Assembly (NCBI GenBank): GCA_021414115.1
Contig: JAIOPD010000050.1
Span: forward strand, 5,496 to 69,495
Reading direction: 5' to 3'
From: Planctomycetia bacterium
GTDB lineage: Bacteria > Planctomycetota > Planctomycetia > Pirellulales > UBA1268
DNA length: 64,000 nucleotides
Shown: piece by piece, positions 54,989 to 64,000 of the stretch
How positions within the stretch are numbered: the first letter of the stretch is position 1
How the letters are laid out: each line of letters starts with the position of its first letter
The notes under the pieces: generated by a model
The model's input: the letters and a program-made list of their open reading frames with translations, nothing else
Told to the model about the DNA's origin: nothing
The model's database searches: none
Program-made: the position numbers and the translations under genes

Positions 54989-56386
54989 TCAGTCGTCGCG
55001 GGAACTCGCGATCAACGCGATGAACTCGCGATTGCTCTTAAACTTCGCAAGTTGCTTCGTGAGTTGCTCCATGGCATCGACGTGATGCATCGAGGAGAGC
55101 GTCCGCCGCAGCATGTTGACGGCATGCAGCGTGTTGGGATCGAGGAGCTTCTCCTCGCGCCGTGTGCCCGACTGCGAGATGTCGATCGACGGCCAGACCC
55201 GCCGGTCGGCGAGCTTGCGGTCGAGCACGAGCTCCATGTTGCCCGTGCCCTTGAACTCCTGAAAGATCAGCTCGTCCATACGGCTGCCGGTGTCGATGAG
55301 CGCCGTCGCGACGATCGTCAGCGACCCGCCTTCCTCGAACACGCGGGCCGTGGCGAAGAGTTTCTTGGGGATGTCGAGAGCTTTGATGTCGACGCCGCCG
55401 GACATCGTGCGGCCGGTGTTGCCGACCCACTTGTTGAAGGCCCGTGCCATGCGGGTGATCGAGTCCATCAGCAGGAAAACGTCCTTGCCCGTTTCAGCCA
55501 TCCGCTTGCACCGCTCGATCACGAGTTGCGAGAGCCGGACATGGCTTTCCACATCGCAGTCGAGGCTGCTGGCGAGCACTTCACCCTTCACCGACCGCTT
55601 CATGTCGGTGACTTCCTCGGGCCGCTCGTCGACGAGCAGCATCACGAGATTGAGTTCAGGGTGGTTCTCGGAGATCGCCTGCGACACCTGCTGCAGAAGC
55701 ACCGTCTTTCCGGTGCGCGGCGGCGCCACGATCAACGCCCGCTGCCCCTTGCCGAGCGGCGTGAGGAGATCCATGACCCGCGTCGTGATCGGCTGCTGGC
55801 CGGTCTCGAGCCGCAACCAGGTTTCAGGGTTGATCGGCGTGAGTTGGTCGAACGATTTGACGTTGACGTAGTCGTCGGGCTTCATGCCCTCGACTTCCTC
55901 GATCTCGCGGACACGGGGTCCCTGCTGCCGACGACCAGGCTGCACGAGCGCCTTGAGATACACGCCCTCGCGAAGGCGATACCTCTCGATCATGGTGGCG
56001 GGCACGAAGGGATCGGTCCGTTCGCGGGTGTAGTTGGTCTCAACGCTGCGGAGAAATCCGTATCCGTTGGGGTGCATCTCCAAGACGCCGCTGCCCGGCT
56101 CGAGCGGGATCGGTTCGCCGTTTTCGGTGACCTCCGGTTCCAGATCGGGCGGCCTCATGCCCTCGCTATCCATGCCCACGGCGCCCGCTCCGGACGGCGG
56201 GGGACCGCCGCCACCGCCACCCCCGCGACGAAACCGGCCTCGGCGACGACCGTACCCGCCACCGCCACCCCCTTGGTAGCCCTGGCCGGGCCCCTGTCCC
56301 TGACCTGGGCCCGGGCCGAAGCCCCCCTGCCCTTGGCCCTGGCCACCGAACCCCCCGGGCCGCCTGGATCGCCTGCGTTTCGACAT
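54989..56386 (-). CDS. rho: Transcription termination factor Rho with Gly/Arg-rich N-terminal extension
   Basis: 465 aa from [10 protein letters not shown] (the ORF extends to 56509). It carries Walker A APPRTGKT, a Q-loop/R-loop region and SGTRREE. Residues 1-66 are [12 protein letters not shown].../[15 protein letters not shown]. Confidence 0.96.
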   Translation of the reverse strand: MSKRRRSRRPGGFGGQGQGQGGFGPGPGQGQGPGQGYQGGGGGGYGRRRGRFRRGGGGGGGPPPSGAGAVGMDSEGMRPPDLEPEVTENGEPIPLEPGSGVLEMHPNGYGFLRSVETNYTRERTDPFVPATMIERYRLREGVYLKALVQPGRRQQGPRVREIEEVEGMKPDDYVNVKSFDQLTPINPETWLRLETGQQPITTRVMDLLTPLGKGQRALIVAPPRTGKTVLLQQVSQAISENHPELNLVMLLVDERPEEVTDMKRSVKGEVLASSLDCDVESHVRLSQLVIERCKRMAETGKDVFLLMDSITRMARAFNKWVGNTGRTMSGGVDIKALDIPKKLFATARVFEEGGSLTIVATALIDTGSRMDELIFQEFKGTGNMELVLDRKLADRRVWPSIDISQSGTRREEKLLDPNTLHAVNMLRRTLSSMHHVDAMEQLTKQLAKFKSNREFIALIASSRDD

Positions 56387-56596
56387 GGCTGCTTCAAACC
56401 CCGCGTCTAAAAATCGACTGCTGTCACGAACTGGAAAGACCGGCCCAGGAACACGTTCGGCGTTCGCGGGGGCGACTGCCCACCCACGGACCGGACGCAA
56501 CAGACTCACGGCTCACAGGCGCCGCTTTCGTACGGGACCGAGCCGAAAAGACTCGGATTCCTGAGTCGGATTCCCCTCCGGGAATCCTCGAAAACG

Positions 56597-56617
56597 ATGC
56601 CGTTTTTCAAACGGCAT
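56597..56617 (-). terminator. Terminator-like hairpin in the rho upstream region
   Basis: ATGCCGTTT-(3 nt)-AAACGGCAT, a perfect 9-bp stem. On the minus strand it is followed by CGTTTTCG. It lies about 210 nt upstream of the rho ATG. Confidence 0.35.
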
Positions 56618-57109
56618 TCCGGAAACGCGATGGCGGCGAATGGACCCGGGGCTGCGAAGAACCCAACCGGGCAGAGCCTTTGCAAGACTCTCGAACCCCT
56701 GGCCGCAATCCGCCCCAAAAGTTTGTGAGACGAAGTTCCTGCGACAAAGTCTCCGGAAGGCCAAAGGCTCGTTCCGGAATCGTCCTTCGAGACGACCTTT
56801 AAAGTATCAATGGGCCGGCCCGGACTGTCAAGCCGGGTGGCCTGGGGGCACGAGCTCCGGGCCTGAATGTACGCACGACCGGGTTCTTTCCGGGCCGCTG
56901 AAAGCCCGACCACGAAAGCCCGGCAGATTCGGCAGGACTGGCAAGGCCACGAGCCGCCCCCCCGGCCGCTGCCCGGTATTTTCGATGCGATTCCTGCGTC
57001 CGCTTCGACCGATAGAACCCACAGGGTCGTCGGCGTCCTGTCGTCCACGGGGAACCGGCTGCCCTTGAAGAGGAATCCGCACTCTTTCTCCCGCAGCGAG
57101 GCCGAAGCG

Positions 57110-58645
57110 ATGTTCCGGCTGAAACGTTTGAAGTTCGCCGTCCGGTGGAGCCACGCGATGGCTTCCGCCGCGGTTCTGGCACTGGCCGCATCGACGGCCA
57201 CGACTGCCCGCGCCGAAATCCATTGGCATGCCGACCTCCAGACGGCCAGGGCGGCGGCGATTGCCAGCCAGAAACCCGTGCTCGCGATCTTCACCGCATC
57301 CTGGAGCCCCGAGGCGGTCCGCTTCGCCGAGCGAACGCTCGCGAGTCCGGAGGTCGCCGCGCTGGTCACCGCCTGTTACGAGCCCGTGCTGATCGACGTT
57401 GACGCCCAGGCCGCCATCACGAAGCGAATGGAAATCATGCACGTGCCGGCAGCCTGCATCCTTGCTCCCAAGGGGGGACGGCTCGCGACGTTCGAATGCC
57501 CTGAGTCGCCCGCCGACTTCGTTGCGGCCGCCGCGCGGGCCGCGCAGAGCGCTGCGACGCGAACGATCGGCCAATCCGCAGACGCCGAGGCGGGTGATGG
57601 TGATGCCGCCACACAAGCGGGCGATCTCGCCACCGGCGTTGGCAAGGAAGTCGTCGCGCCGCCAAACGGCGGTGCGATCGCGCTGGTCGCGAGCAAGGTC
57701 CGTCAGCTCTCGGATTTCGCCACGGCAAGCGAAGTGTCGTCCGAGGGCCTGCCTCCGGCGAGTATGTCGCGGCCAGCGGAAGTGGCCACCAGCCGCTACA
57801 GTTCCGCGTCCGTTACCGACGCGCCCTCCAGCCGGTTCAGCTCCGCATCCGTCACCGACGCGCCCGTCCTGCCGGCGAACCCCTCCGCCTGGCCCGGGGA
57901 GCAGCCTGCTCGAGCTTCGTCGTTCACCAATGCTCCGCCGCAGCCTGAGCGGCCGGCCATCGAACCGGCCACCTCTGCACCCCCGGCACCGTGGCTTGCC
58001 GCGCCCGCCGCGACGGCCTCGGCTCCCGCCGCACCCAGCACCACGGTGACCGAACTCCCCGAGAAGCCCGAGGCGACCTCGTCTTGGTCGTCGTTCGTCA
58101 GCGCCTTTCAAAAACCGTTCAGCATCTTCACCACCAAGCCGGCCAAGACGCCTGCGCCACCGACGATGCCCCCTGCCCGACCGGCGTCGCCGCTGGCCAT
58201 GGCCACCGCCGCGTTCACACCGCCGGCGGCCGCCGCGGCAGAGGCTCCCGCAGCCGACCCCTACGGCTCGATGCCGCTGGGGCTCGAGGGCTACTGCCCG
58301 GTCACGCTCGCAGAACGCGGCGTCTGGACCGAGGGTCGGGCGCAGTGGGGCGTGCGGCACCGCGGACGCACCTATCTCTTCGCCGGTCCCGAACAGCAAC
58401 AGGCGTTTCTCGCCAACCCCGACCGCTTCTCGCCCGCGCTCTCGGGCGACGATCCGGTGCTCGCGATCGAACAGGGCAAAAGCCTCCCCGGTCGCCGTGC
58501 CTACGGCGTGACCTACCAGTCGCGGATCTATCTCTTCTCGTCTGCGGAGAGCAGGGCCGCCTTCACCGCGAATCCCGAACGCTTCACGGCGCCCGTCATG
58601 CTCGCCGAGCGGCCAGCCCCGGTCGACGCGGTCCGCCGCTACTGA
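57110..58645 (+). CDS. Secreted thioredoxin-fold-like protein with long Ala/Pro/Ser linker and two C-terminal YHS-like repeats
   Basis: 511 aa from MFRLKRLKF, with a signal peptide. The N-domain contains KPVLAIFTASWSPEAVRF. The C-terminus contains GYCPVTL...GRTYLFAGPEQQQAFLANPDRF and SRIYLFSSAESRAAFTANPERF. Confidence 0.8.
   Translation: MFRLKRLKFAVRWSHAMASAAVLALAASTATTARAEIHWHADLQTARAAAIASQKPVLAIFTASWSPEAVRFAERTLASPEVAALVTACYEPVLIDVDAQAAITKRMEIMHVPAACILAPKGGRLATFECPESPADFVAAAARAAQSAATRTIGQSADAEAGDGDAATQAGDLATGVGKEVVAPPNGGAIALVASKVRQLSDFATASEVSSEGLPPASMSRPAEVATSRYSSASVTDAPSSRFSSASVTDAPVLPANPSAWPGEQPARASSFTNAPPQPERPAIEPATSAPPAPWLAAPAATASAPAAPSTTVTELPEKPEATSSWSSFVSAFQKPFSIFTTKPAKTPAPPTMPPARPASPLAMATAAFTPPAAAAAEAPAADPYGSMPLGLEGYCPVTLAERGVWTEGRAQWGVRHRGRTYLFAGPEQQQAFLANPDRFSPALSGDDPVLAIEQGKSLPGRRAYGVTYQSRIYLFSSAESRAAFTANPERFTAPVMLAERPAPVDAVRRY
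57791..57868 (+). repeat. Two tandem 39-bp repeats inside the CDS
   Basis: AGCCGCTACAGTTCCGCGTCCGTTACCGACGCGCCCTCC / AGCCGGTTCAGCTCCGCATCCGTCACCGACGCGCCCGTC, encoding SR(Y/F)SSASVTDAP. Confidence 0.9.
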
Positions 58646-58670
58646 CACGCAGCCTGGGGATGATCGCGCT

Positions 58671-60200
58671 TTAGCGGCTGCGGGCCCAGGCCTTGCTCCG
58701 GCCGACGGCGTCGTGCCAGGTCGCGAGCAGACGACGCCGCTGTTCCGCGTCGAGTAGCGGCTCGAACCGGCGGTCGATGCGGCGGGCATCGGACACCGCA
58801 GTGGAATCGGGGAAGAATCCGACCGCCAGGCCGGCGAGCAGAGCCGCCCCGAGTGCCGTCGTCTCGAGCACCGCGGGCCGTTCCACTGGCAGACCGAGCA
58901 CGTCGGCCTGGATCTGCATGAGCAGATCGTTGGCCGAAGCGCCGCCGTCCACGCGAAGCTGACGCAGGGTCACGCCCGAATCCCGCTGCATGCACTCAAC
59001 CACATCGGCCACCGACAGGGCGATCGCCTCGAGCGCCGCCCGCGCCACGTGAGCCCGGTGGGTTCCGCGCGAGAGGCCGATGATCATGCCCCGGGCCGTT
59101 GGATCCCAGTAGGGGGCACCGAGGCCGGTCAACGCCGGCACGATCATCACGCCGCCGCTGTCATCGACGCCGCGGGCCAGCGACTCGATGTCGCTGGCCT
59201 TTTCGATCAGTCCAAGCCCGTCCCGTAGCCAGCCCACCAGCGCGCCGGCCACGAACACCGAGCCTTCCAGGCAATAGTGCCGCGCCGCCGGCCCGATCGC
59301 GCAGGCCGGCGTCGTCAGCAGGCCATTGGCACTCGCGACCTGATGGTCGCCGGTCGAAAAGAGCAGAAATGCGCCGGTGCCGTAGGTGTTCTTCGCGTCG
59401 CCCGGCTGCTCCATTCCCTGGCCGAAGGCCGCCGCCTGCTGGTCGCCGGCGCAGCCCGCGATGGAGATCGCCCCGCCGAGGAGCGCCGGGTCGGTCGTGC
59501 CGAAGTCGCCGCTCGAGGGCCGCACCTCCGGCAGGATGCCGCGGGGCACGCCGAGCATGCGGCAGAGCTCGTCGCTCCACTCCATGCGTCCGATGTCGAA
59601 GAGCAGCGTGCGGCTCGCGTTGGTCGGATCGGTGGCATGCACGCGGCCGCCGGTGAGCCTCCAGATGAGAAACGAGTCGACCGTGCCAAACAGCACCTCG
59701 CCCCGCAGGCACCGCTCGCGGAGGCCGGGCACCGTCTCGAAGAGATACAGGATCTTCGTGGCCGAGAAGTAGGGATCGAGAAGCAGCCCCGTCCGCCGAC
59801 GAACCTCCGCCTCGTGCCCCGCCGCCTTGAGCCGCGCGCAGATCGGCGCGGAGACGCGACTCTGCCAGACCACGGCCGGCGCCACGGGCCGGCCGGTCGC
59901 GCGATCCCAGAGGATCGTCGTCTCCCGCTGGTTGGTGATCCCGATCGCCGCCACCTGATCCGCGGCGACGCCGGCCGCGGCGAGCACGCGGCGAGCGCAG
60001 GAGAGTTGGGTTCGCCAGATGTCCTCGGGATCGTGCTCCACGATCCCGAGATCGCTGCCATCGGGGCCGGCCGCCGCGTGGGCGTGCTGCGGGAATTCCT
60101 CCTGTACCGTGGCCAACGACGTGCCGCGGCGGTCGAAGAGAATCGCCCGGCTGGAGGTCGTGCCCTGGTCGAGCGCCAGCACGCAGGTCTTCCCGGTCAT
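58671..60200 (-). CDS. glpK: Glycerol kinase
   Basis: 509-aa ORF with LALDQGTTSSRAILF, the FGGY signatures GITNQRETT and YGTGAF, and LRVDGGASAN. Confidence 0.97.
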   Translation of the reverse strand: MTGKTCVLALDQGTTSSRAILFDRRGTSLATVQEEFPQHAHAAAGPDGSDLGIVEHDPEDIWRTQLSCARRVLAAAGVAADQVAAIGITNQRETTILWDRATGRPVAPAVVWQSRVSAPICARLKAAGHEAEVRRRTGLLLDPYFSATKILYLFETVPGLRERCLRGEVLFGTVDSFLIWRLTGGRVHATDPTNASRTLLFDIGRMEWSDELCRMLGVPRGILPEVRPSSGDFGTTDPALLGGAISIAGCAGDQQAAAFGQGMEQPGDAKNTYGTGAFLLFSTGDHQVASANGLLTTPACAIGPAARHYCLEGSVFVAGALVGWLRDGLGLIEKASDIESLARGVDDSGGVMIVPALTGLGAPYWDPTARGMIIGLSRGTHRAHVARAALEAIALSVADVVECMQRDSGVTLRQLRVDGGASANDLLMQIQADVLGLPVERPAVLETTALGAALLAGLAVGFFPDSTAVSDARRIDRRFEPLLDAEQRRRLLATWHDAVGRSKAWARSR

Positions 60201-60298
60201 CGGCGTTTCTCCGTGGTCTCACGCGAGGCTGGGGTCTTGCCGTCGCCGGCCGCCCTCGTGTCAGGGTATTCTCGGGGCTTCGTGCTCCGGAGCCAGCC

Positions 60299-62638
60299 AT
60301 GGCGGTGACAGCCGATCCCTGCCGCGGAGATGACGGCCCAGACGCCCGGCGTTCGCTTGGGAAATCCGCGCTCGTCCGCGATCTCCTCGGCCCGGCGGTT
60401 GCGGCCCTCCTCACGCTCCTCGCCCCGCTCGCCGCGGCCGAACCCGGCCCGCCACCCGATCTCCTCGACACCGCCGTGCAGGCGTCGTGGACGAGGCTGC
60501 CGCTCCGCGACTGGGCGGAGCGGGCAACCCGGATCGCGGGCCGCCCGGTGATTGTCGACCGGCGGATCGATCCCACGACACTCATTTCGCTCGACAGTCG
60601 GGGCGAGCCGCTGCGTGACGTGCTCGGCCGCGTGGCGGAGATGGCCGACGCCGCCATCGACGTGCTCGACTCGACGATCCGGATCGTGCCGCACTCTGTC
60701 GCGAATCAGGCCAGTTCCGCCGAGGCGGCCCGCAAGGCTGCACTCGCGCGGCTACCCGCCGGGATTCGGAGGAAACTCGTTGCCCGCGAGCCGTGGGCCT
60801 GGTCCGACGCCGCGCGGCCGCGGAACCTCGTGACCGATGCCGCGCGGGCGGCCGACGTCGCCATCGTCGGCATCGACACGATTCCGCACGATCACTTCCC
60901 CGCCGCGACGCTCCCGTCACTGTCGCTTGCCGAACGACTCGATCTCGTGCTGGCTCACTTCGATCGCCGGGTCGAGTGGGCTGCCGACGGCGGCGTCATC
61001 GTGCCGATGGAGAAGGCCGCCGCCGGTCTGGCTCCGGCGAACGCAACGCGGCGGCCCGCGGATGCCCGAGCGGGCCCCCGCGGCCGGCGACAGACGGTCG
61101 CCGTTCGCGACGTCTTCTCGCTGCGTGTGGAAGCGCCATTCGACCAGACCCTGAACGCGATCGCGGCCCGGTTGGGGCTCGCGGTCGACCTTGACCGCAC
61201 CTCCCTTGCCGCCCGGGGAATCGCCCCCGAGGAGATCGTGCGGGTCGACGTGCAGGATGTGTCGCGTGACGAACTGCTCGACGCGCTGGCCGCGCGGCTC
61301 GGTCTGTCGTGGAAGATCGACGGCGACCGGTTGCGGGTGTTTGCCGAGGGCATCGCTCACCCGACGGGGCCGGCCGCAGCGGAGGCCCGCACCGCGGAGG
61401 AGATCGCGCGACTCGTCGCGGCGAAAACGGGCCTCCCGTCCGTCCACATGGACCGGCCCGCAATCGATGCGGCCCTGAAGGCCGGTGGAGTGTCGCGCGA
61501 GACGCTCGATCGGCTCTGGCACGAGGTGGATCGAGCCGTGCTGCCCGGCATGGGCAGCCGACTCGACGGCTTTCTCTTTCTGGCCCGCGATCCTGAATGG
61601 CTCGGCTTCCGCGACCGGTTCGAAGAGTTTCTCACGCTGCCTCGGGTCGATGACATGACGCCGGAAGTCGCCGCCGCACTGGTGCCCTACCAAGGCTTCG
61701 TGTCCCTGCCTGGGATCACCTCGCTGACGCCCGACGGTGCGGAAGCGTTCGAGGCCTTCGGCGCCGATTCGTGGGGAGCCGCGATCGAGTTGCCGGGCGT
61801 GACGGCCCTCTCGGCCGAGGCGGCCGCCGCACTCGCACGGTGCCGGGCGCTCGTCGTGCTGCCGAGTCTTCGCGAGCTGTCGCCCGCGGCCGCGGCCGCA
61901 CTCGCGCGGAACGAGGGCATCGGCCTGGTGATCGGCGGTCTGGCCACGCTGCCCGACGACGTCGCCGCCGCCCTCGCGGACTGTCGGTCACTCAAGGGCA
62001 TGCTCCTTCCCGATCTCACGGCGCTCGATTCGCCGCCGCTGGCCCGAAGGCTCGTGCGGCAGGAGCATGTCTTCCTTCCCCGTGTGACGACCCTTTCGCG
62101 GCCGATCGCCGACGCCCTCCGCGGCAGCGACAGCGGGTCGCTGGCACTGCCCGCTCTCGAACAACTCACGACCGAGGCCGCCGAGCGGCTGGCAGGCTCG
62201 GGCTATTACGGCATCACGCTGGGATGCGCGGCGACGCTTACCCCGGAGGCGGCCGCCGCACTGGCGAAGCAGACGGGCCCGTTGATCTTCAGCGGCTCCG
62301 CACCATTTTCGGCGGCGGCCGCCCGGGAACTCGCGGCGCACCCGGGCGACCTCGTGCTTTCCCACGTGGCCACACTGCCGGCCGACGTCACCAACGCCCT
62401 GGCCGAGCACGAACACCTCCTCGTGCTTGAAGGCGTCACGGCGATCGACGCCGCCACGGCTCGCGGATTGGCGGCCCATCGTGGCGGCGTCTGCCTGCCC
62501 GCACTTTCACGGATCTCAGCCGCCGCGTTGGAAATCCTGCGCGAGCGGACCGACATCGAGATGCCGACGGTCGAAGACCTCAATCTTGTGCCGGAGCCGG
62601 CCGGTGGCAGCGACGACGTCGCCGATCCGCCGCGCTGA
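60299..62638 (+). CDS. Secreted protein with C-terminal array of degenerate ~24-aa Leu/Ala-rich (LRR-like) repeats
   Basis: 779-aa ORF with a signal-like AALLTLLAPLAAAEP. At least 10 repeats follow the form LP.(L/V)..L(S/T).(E/D)AA.ALA.... Confidence 0.8.
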   Translation: MAVTADPCRGDDGPDARRSLGKSALVRDLLGPAVAALLTLLAPLAAAEPGPPPDLLDTAVQASWTRLPLRDWAERATRIAGRPVIVDRRIDPTTLISLDSRGEPLRDVLGRVAEMADAAIDVLDSTIRIVPHSVANQASSAEAARKAALARLPAGIRRKLVAREPWAWSDAARPRNLVTDAARAADVAIVGIDTIPHDHFPAATLPSLSLAERLDLVLAHFDRRVEWAADGGVIVPMEKAAAGLAPANATRRPADARAGPRGRRQTVAVRDVFSLRVEAPFDQTLNAIAARLGLAVDLDRTSLAARGIAPEEIVRVDVQDVSRDELLDALAARLGLSWKIDGDRLRVFAEGIAHPTGPAAAEARTAEEIARLVAAKTGLPSVHMDRPAIDAALKAGGVSRETLDRLWHEVDRAVLPGMGSRLDGFLFLARDPEWLGFRDRFEEFLTLPRVDDMTPEVAAALVPYQGFVSLPGITSLTPDGAEAFEAFGADSWGAAIELPGVTALSAEAAAALARCRALVVLPSLRELSPAAAAALARNEGIGLVIGGLATLPDDVAAALADCRSLKGMLLPDLTALDSPPLARRLVRQEHVFLPRVTTLSRPIADALRGSDSGSLALPALEQLTTEAAERLAGSGYYGITLGCAATLTPEAAAALAKQTGPLIFSGSAPFSAAAARELAAHPGDLVLSHVATLPADVTNALAEHEHLLVLEGVTAIDAATARGLAAHRGGVCLPALSRISAAALEILRERTDIEMPTVEDLNLVPEPAGGSDDVADPPR

Positions 62639-62666
62639 TGACCGCGGGCTGTCCCGCCCGCCTCAA

Positions 62667-62868
62667 GGAAGCCCCAAGCGCGAGCGCGGGGTAGACGCTC
62701 TCCACCCCAACTCGCTCCGCAGCGCCTCCACGGCCACCACCCGTCTACCCGTCGCTTGCGCTCCGGGCTTCCCGAGCAGCCACGGCCACGCCTCTCCGTA
62801 AGGAAGCCCCAAGCGCGAGCGCGGGGTAGACGCTCTCCACCCCGACTCGCTTCGCAGCGCCGCTACGG
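62667..62868. repeat. Hairpin repeat family, locus F (full unit 62667-62772 + second partial unit from 62802; 135-bp period)
   Basis: GGAAGCCCCAAGCGCGAGCGCGGGGTAGACGCTCTCCACCCCAAC...GTCTACCCGTCGCTTGCGCTCCGGGCTTCC, then a near-identical A-arm plus spacer. The TPR gene's stop codon lies inside the second spacer. Confidence 0.88.
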
Positions 62869-63957
62869 CTGTGGCCGGATCACGCGATCGGTCTTGCCTC
62901 GGGTCACCCCGATGTTGCGCCGCGACGGCTCATGCTTCGGATCCCGCTTCAGCGCCTCGGCGTAGGAGTTGGCGGCGTCGGCAAAACGGCCCTGCCGGGC
63001 CTGAGCCACGCCGCGGTTGAACCACGCCCGCACGTCTCGCGGATCGTGGCGGATCGCCTGATCGAAGTCGAACTCCGCCTTTCGTGGCTCGCCGGTGTTG
63101 AGGTAGGCGAGCCCGCGGTTGAGATACGCGAGCATGAACGTGCGATCGCGACGGATGCTCGAAGCGTAGGCGTTGATCGCCTCCAACGGTCGGCCGAGTT
63201 CGATGAGCGTCAGCCCGCGCCAAAGCTCGGGCCGCGGGTCGTCGTAGGCGATGCCCGCCGCATCCTCGAAGTCTTCGAGTGCGATGCCGTAGAGCCCGAG
63301 GTGAAACCAGGCAATGCCGCGACGTAGGTAGAGTTCCGCATCCTGAGGATCGATGGCGAGCCCCTTCGAGCACGCATCGACGCAGCCCTCAAAGTCGCCG
63401 AGCCGCCGAGACGTGACGCCGAGGGCGAGGTAGGCGAGCGTCATCTTCGGATCGAGCTTGATCACCTCACGGAGTTTTCCGCGGGCTTCCTCGAGTTTGC
63501 CGGCCTTGTCAAGTTTTTCAGCTTCGGCGAGGAGGTCCTCGGCCAGCGTCGGCTCCCAGGCCTCGCCACGACGGCGGTCGGTCGCGGCGCGTGTCTCCGC
63601 ACGGGCACGGCCCGGCCGACTCGGGGCGGCGGGCTCGCCGGGCTCGGTCGTCTCGGGGAAAGGAACGGGCAACTGTGGCCGAGGGCGAGGGGCGACAGGT
63701 GTTTCCTCCCGCACTCGCGGCGCGACGGGCTTCGACTCCTTGCCTCGGCCGAAGGGATTCAGCTCGTCCGCGAAGGGATCGTCCTCGGGAACGCCCGAGG
63801 ATTTTTCCTCCTGCTCCGCTCCCGCAGGAGCCGTCACGATCGTCCAGGACCAGGCGGCGCACCAGCAGACGACCACGGCCACCAGGCGGCGGGACGCCAG
63901 CGGCCGGGTGGCAGAGAGCTGTGGCGTATCGGAGCGCATCGGGTGGAACACTGTCAT
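62863..63957 (-). CDS. Tetratricopeptide-repeat (TPR) protein with signal peptide
   Basis: 364-aa ORF. It has at least 6 TPR-like units (A..Y..RG.A....G....A..DF..A) after a Pro/Glu-rich linker. Confidence 0.88.
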   Translation of the reverse strand: MTVFHPMRSDTPQLSATRPLASRRLVAVVVCWCAAWSWTIVTAPAGAEQEEKSSGVPEDDPFADELNPFGRGKESKPVAPRVREETPVAPRPRPQLPVPFPETTEPGEPAAPSRPGRARAETRAATDRRRGEAWEPTLAEDLLAEAEKLDKAGKLEEARGKLREVIKLDPKMTLAYLALGVTSRRLGDFEGCVDACSKGLAIDPQDAELYLRRGIAWFHLGLYGIALEDFEDAAGIAYDDPRPELWRGLTLIELGRPLEAINAYASSIRRDRTFMLAYLNRGLAYLNTGEPRKAEFDFDQAIRHDPRDVRAWFNRGVAQARQGRFADAANSYAEALKRDPKHEPSRRNIGVTRGKTDRVIRPQP

Positions 63958-64000
63958 GTTCGAGGGAATCCCTGGAGAAAATCGGTTGATTTGATCGGTG

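Noticed and set aside
56828-58789. 653-aa minus-strand ORF opposite the thioredoxin/YHS-like gene
   Set aside because: The translation is Arg/Gly-rich low complexity, and it overlaps the 3' end of glpK. The plus-strand frame has a signal peptide and recognisable terminal domains.

Overview
This is a high-G+C (roughly two-thirds by eye) bacterial chromosome segment. Gene content suggests a Planctomycetota-like organism: tetrahydromethanopterin-cofactor genes, PSCyt-like secreted proteins, and many long secreted low-complexity proteins. That assignment is inference only. The window splits at a tRNA-Pro(GGG) gene (28128-28202, minus strand).

Left of the tRNA (1-28.1 kb), almost everything is on the minus strand and looks accessory:
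- a 16-kb metal-efflux supercluster with two CusA/CzcA-type RND pumps, two adaptor subunits, one TolC-like outer-membrane factor, a non-P1B P-type ATPase, and four small His- or Cys-rich orphan proteins;
- a type I restriction-modification locus with an unusual five-gene layout, hsdR-hsdS-(DUF3800-like)-hsdM-(HEPN-like Rx4H protein);
- four orphan ORFs;
- a large serine recombinase whose ORF runs into the 3' end of the tRNA.

Right of the tRNA (28.2-64 kb) is housekeeping DNA. It holds pyrF, ndk, ftsH, surE, a purine-nucleoside phosphorylase, dapA, a beta-RFAP-synthase/DUF447/DHPS-like/pabB/pabA cofactor cluster, amt with a textbook sigma54 -24/-12 box, two transsulfuration PLP enzymes, rho with a Gly/Arg-rich N-terminus, glpK, and several secreted repeat proteins.

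A previously unannotated family of about 107-bp hairpin elements (30-bp imperfect inverted arms, about 135-bp tandem period) fills six gene-3'-end intergenic regions in the right part. I did not see it in the left 28 kb.

The most interesting candidates are the R-M locus with its two embedded extra genes, the tRNA/recombinase island, the repeat family, and the His-rich accessory proteins of the efflux cluster. Many long ORFs in the track are antisense artefacts of the high G+C content and were rejected. All calls rest on motif recognition and alignment by eye; no database search was run.
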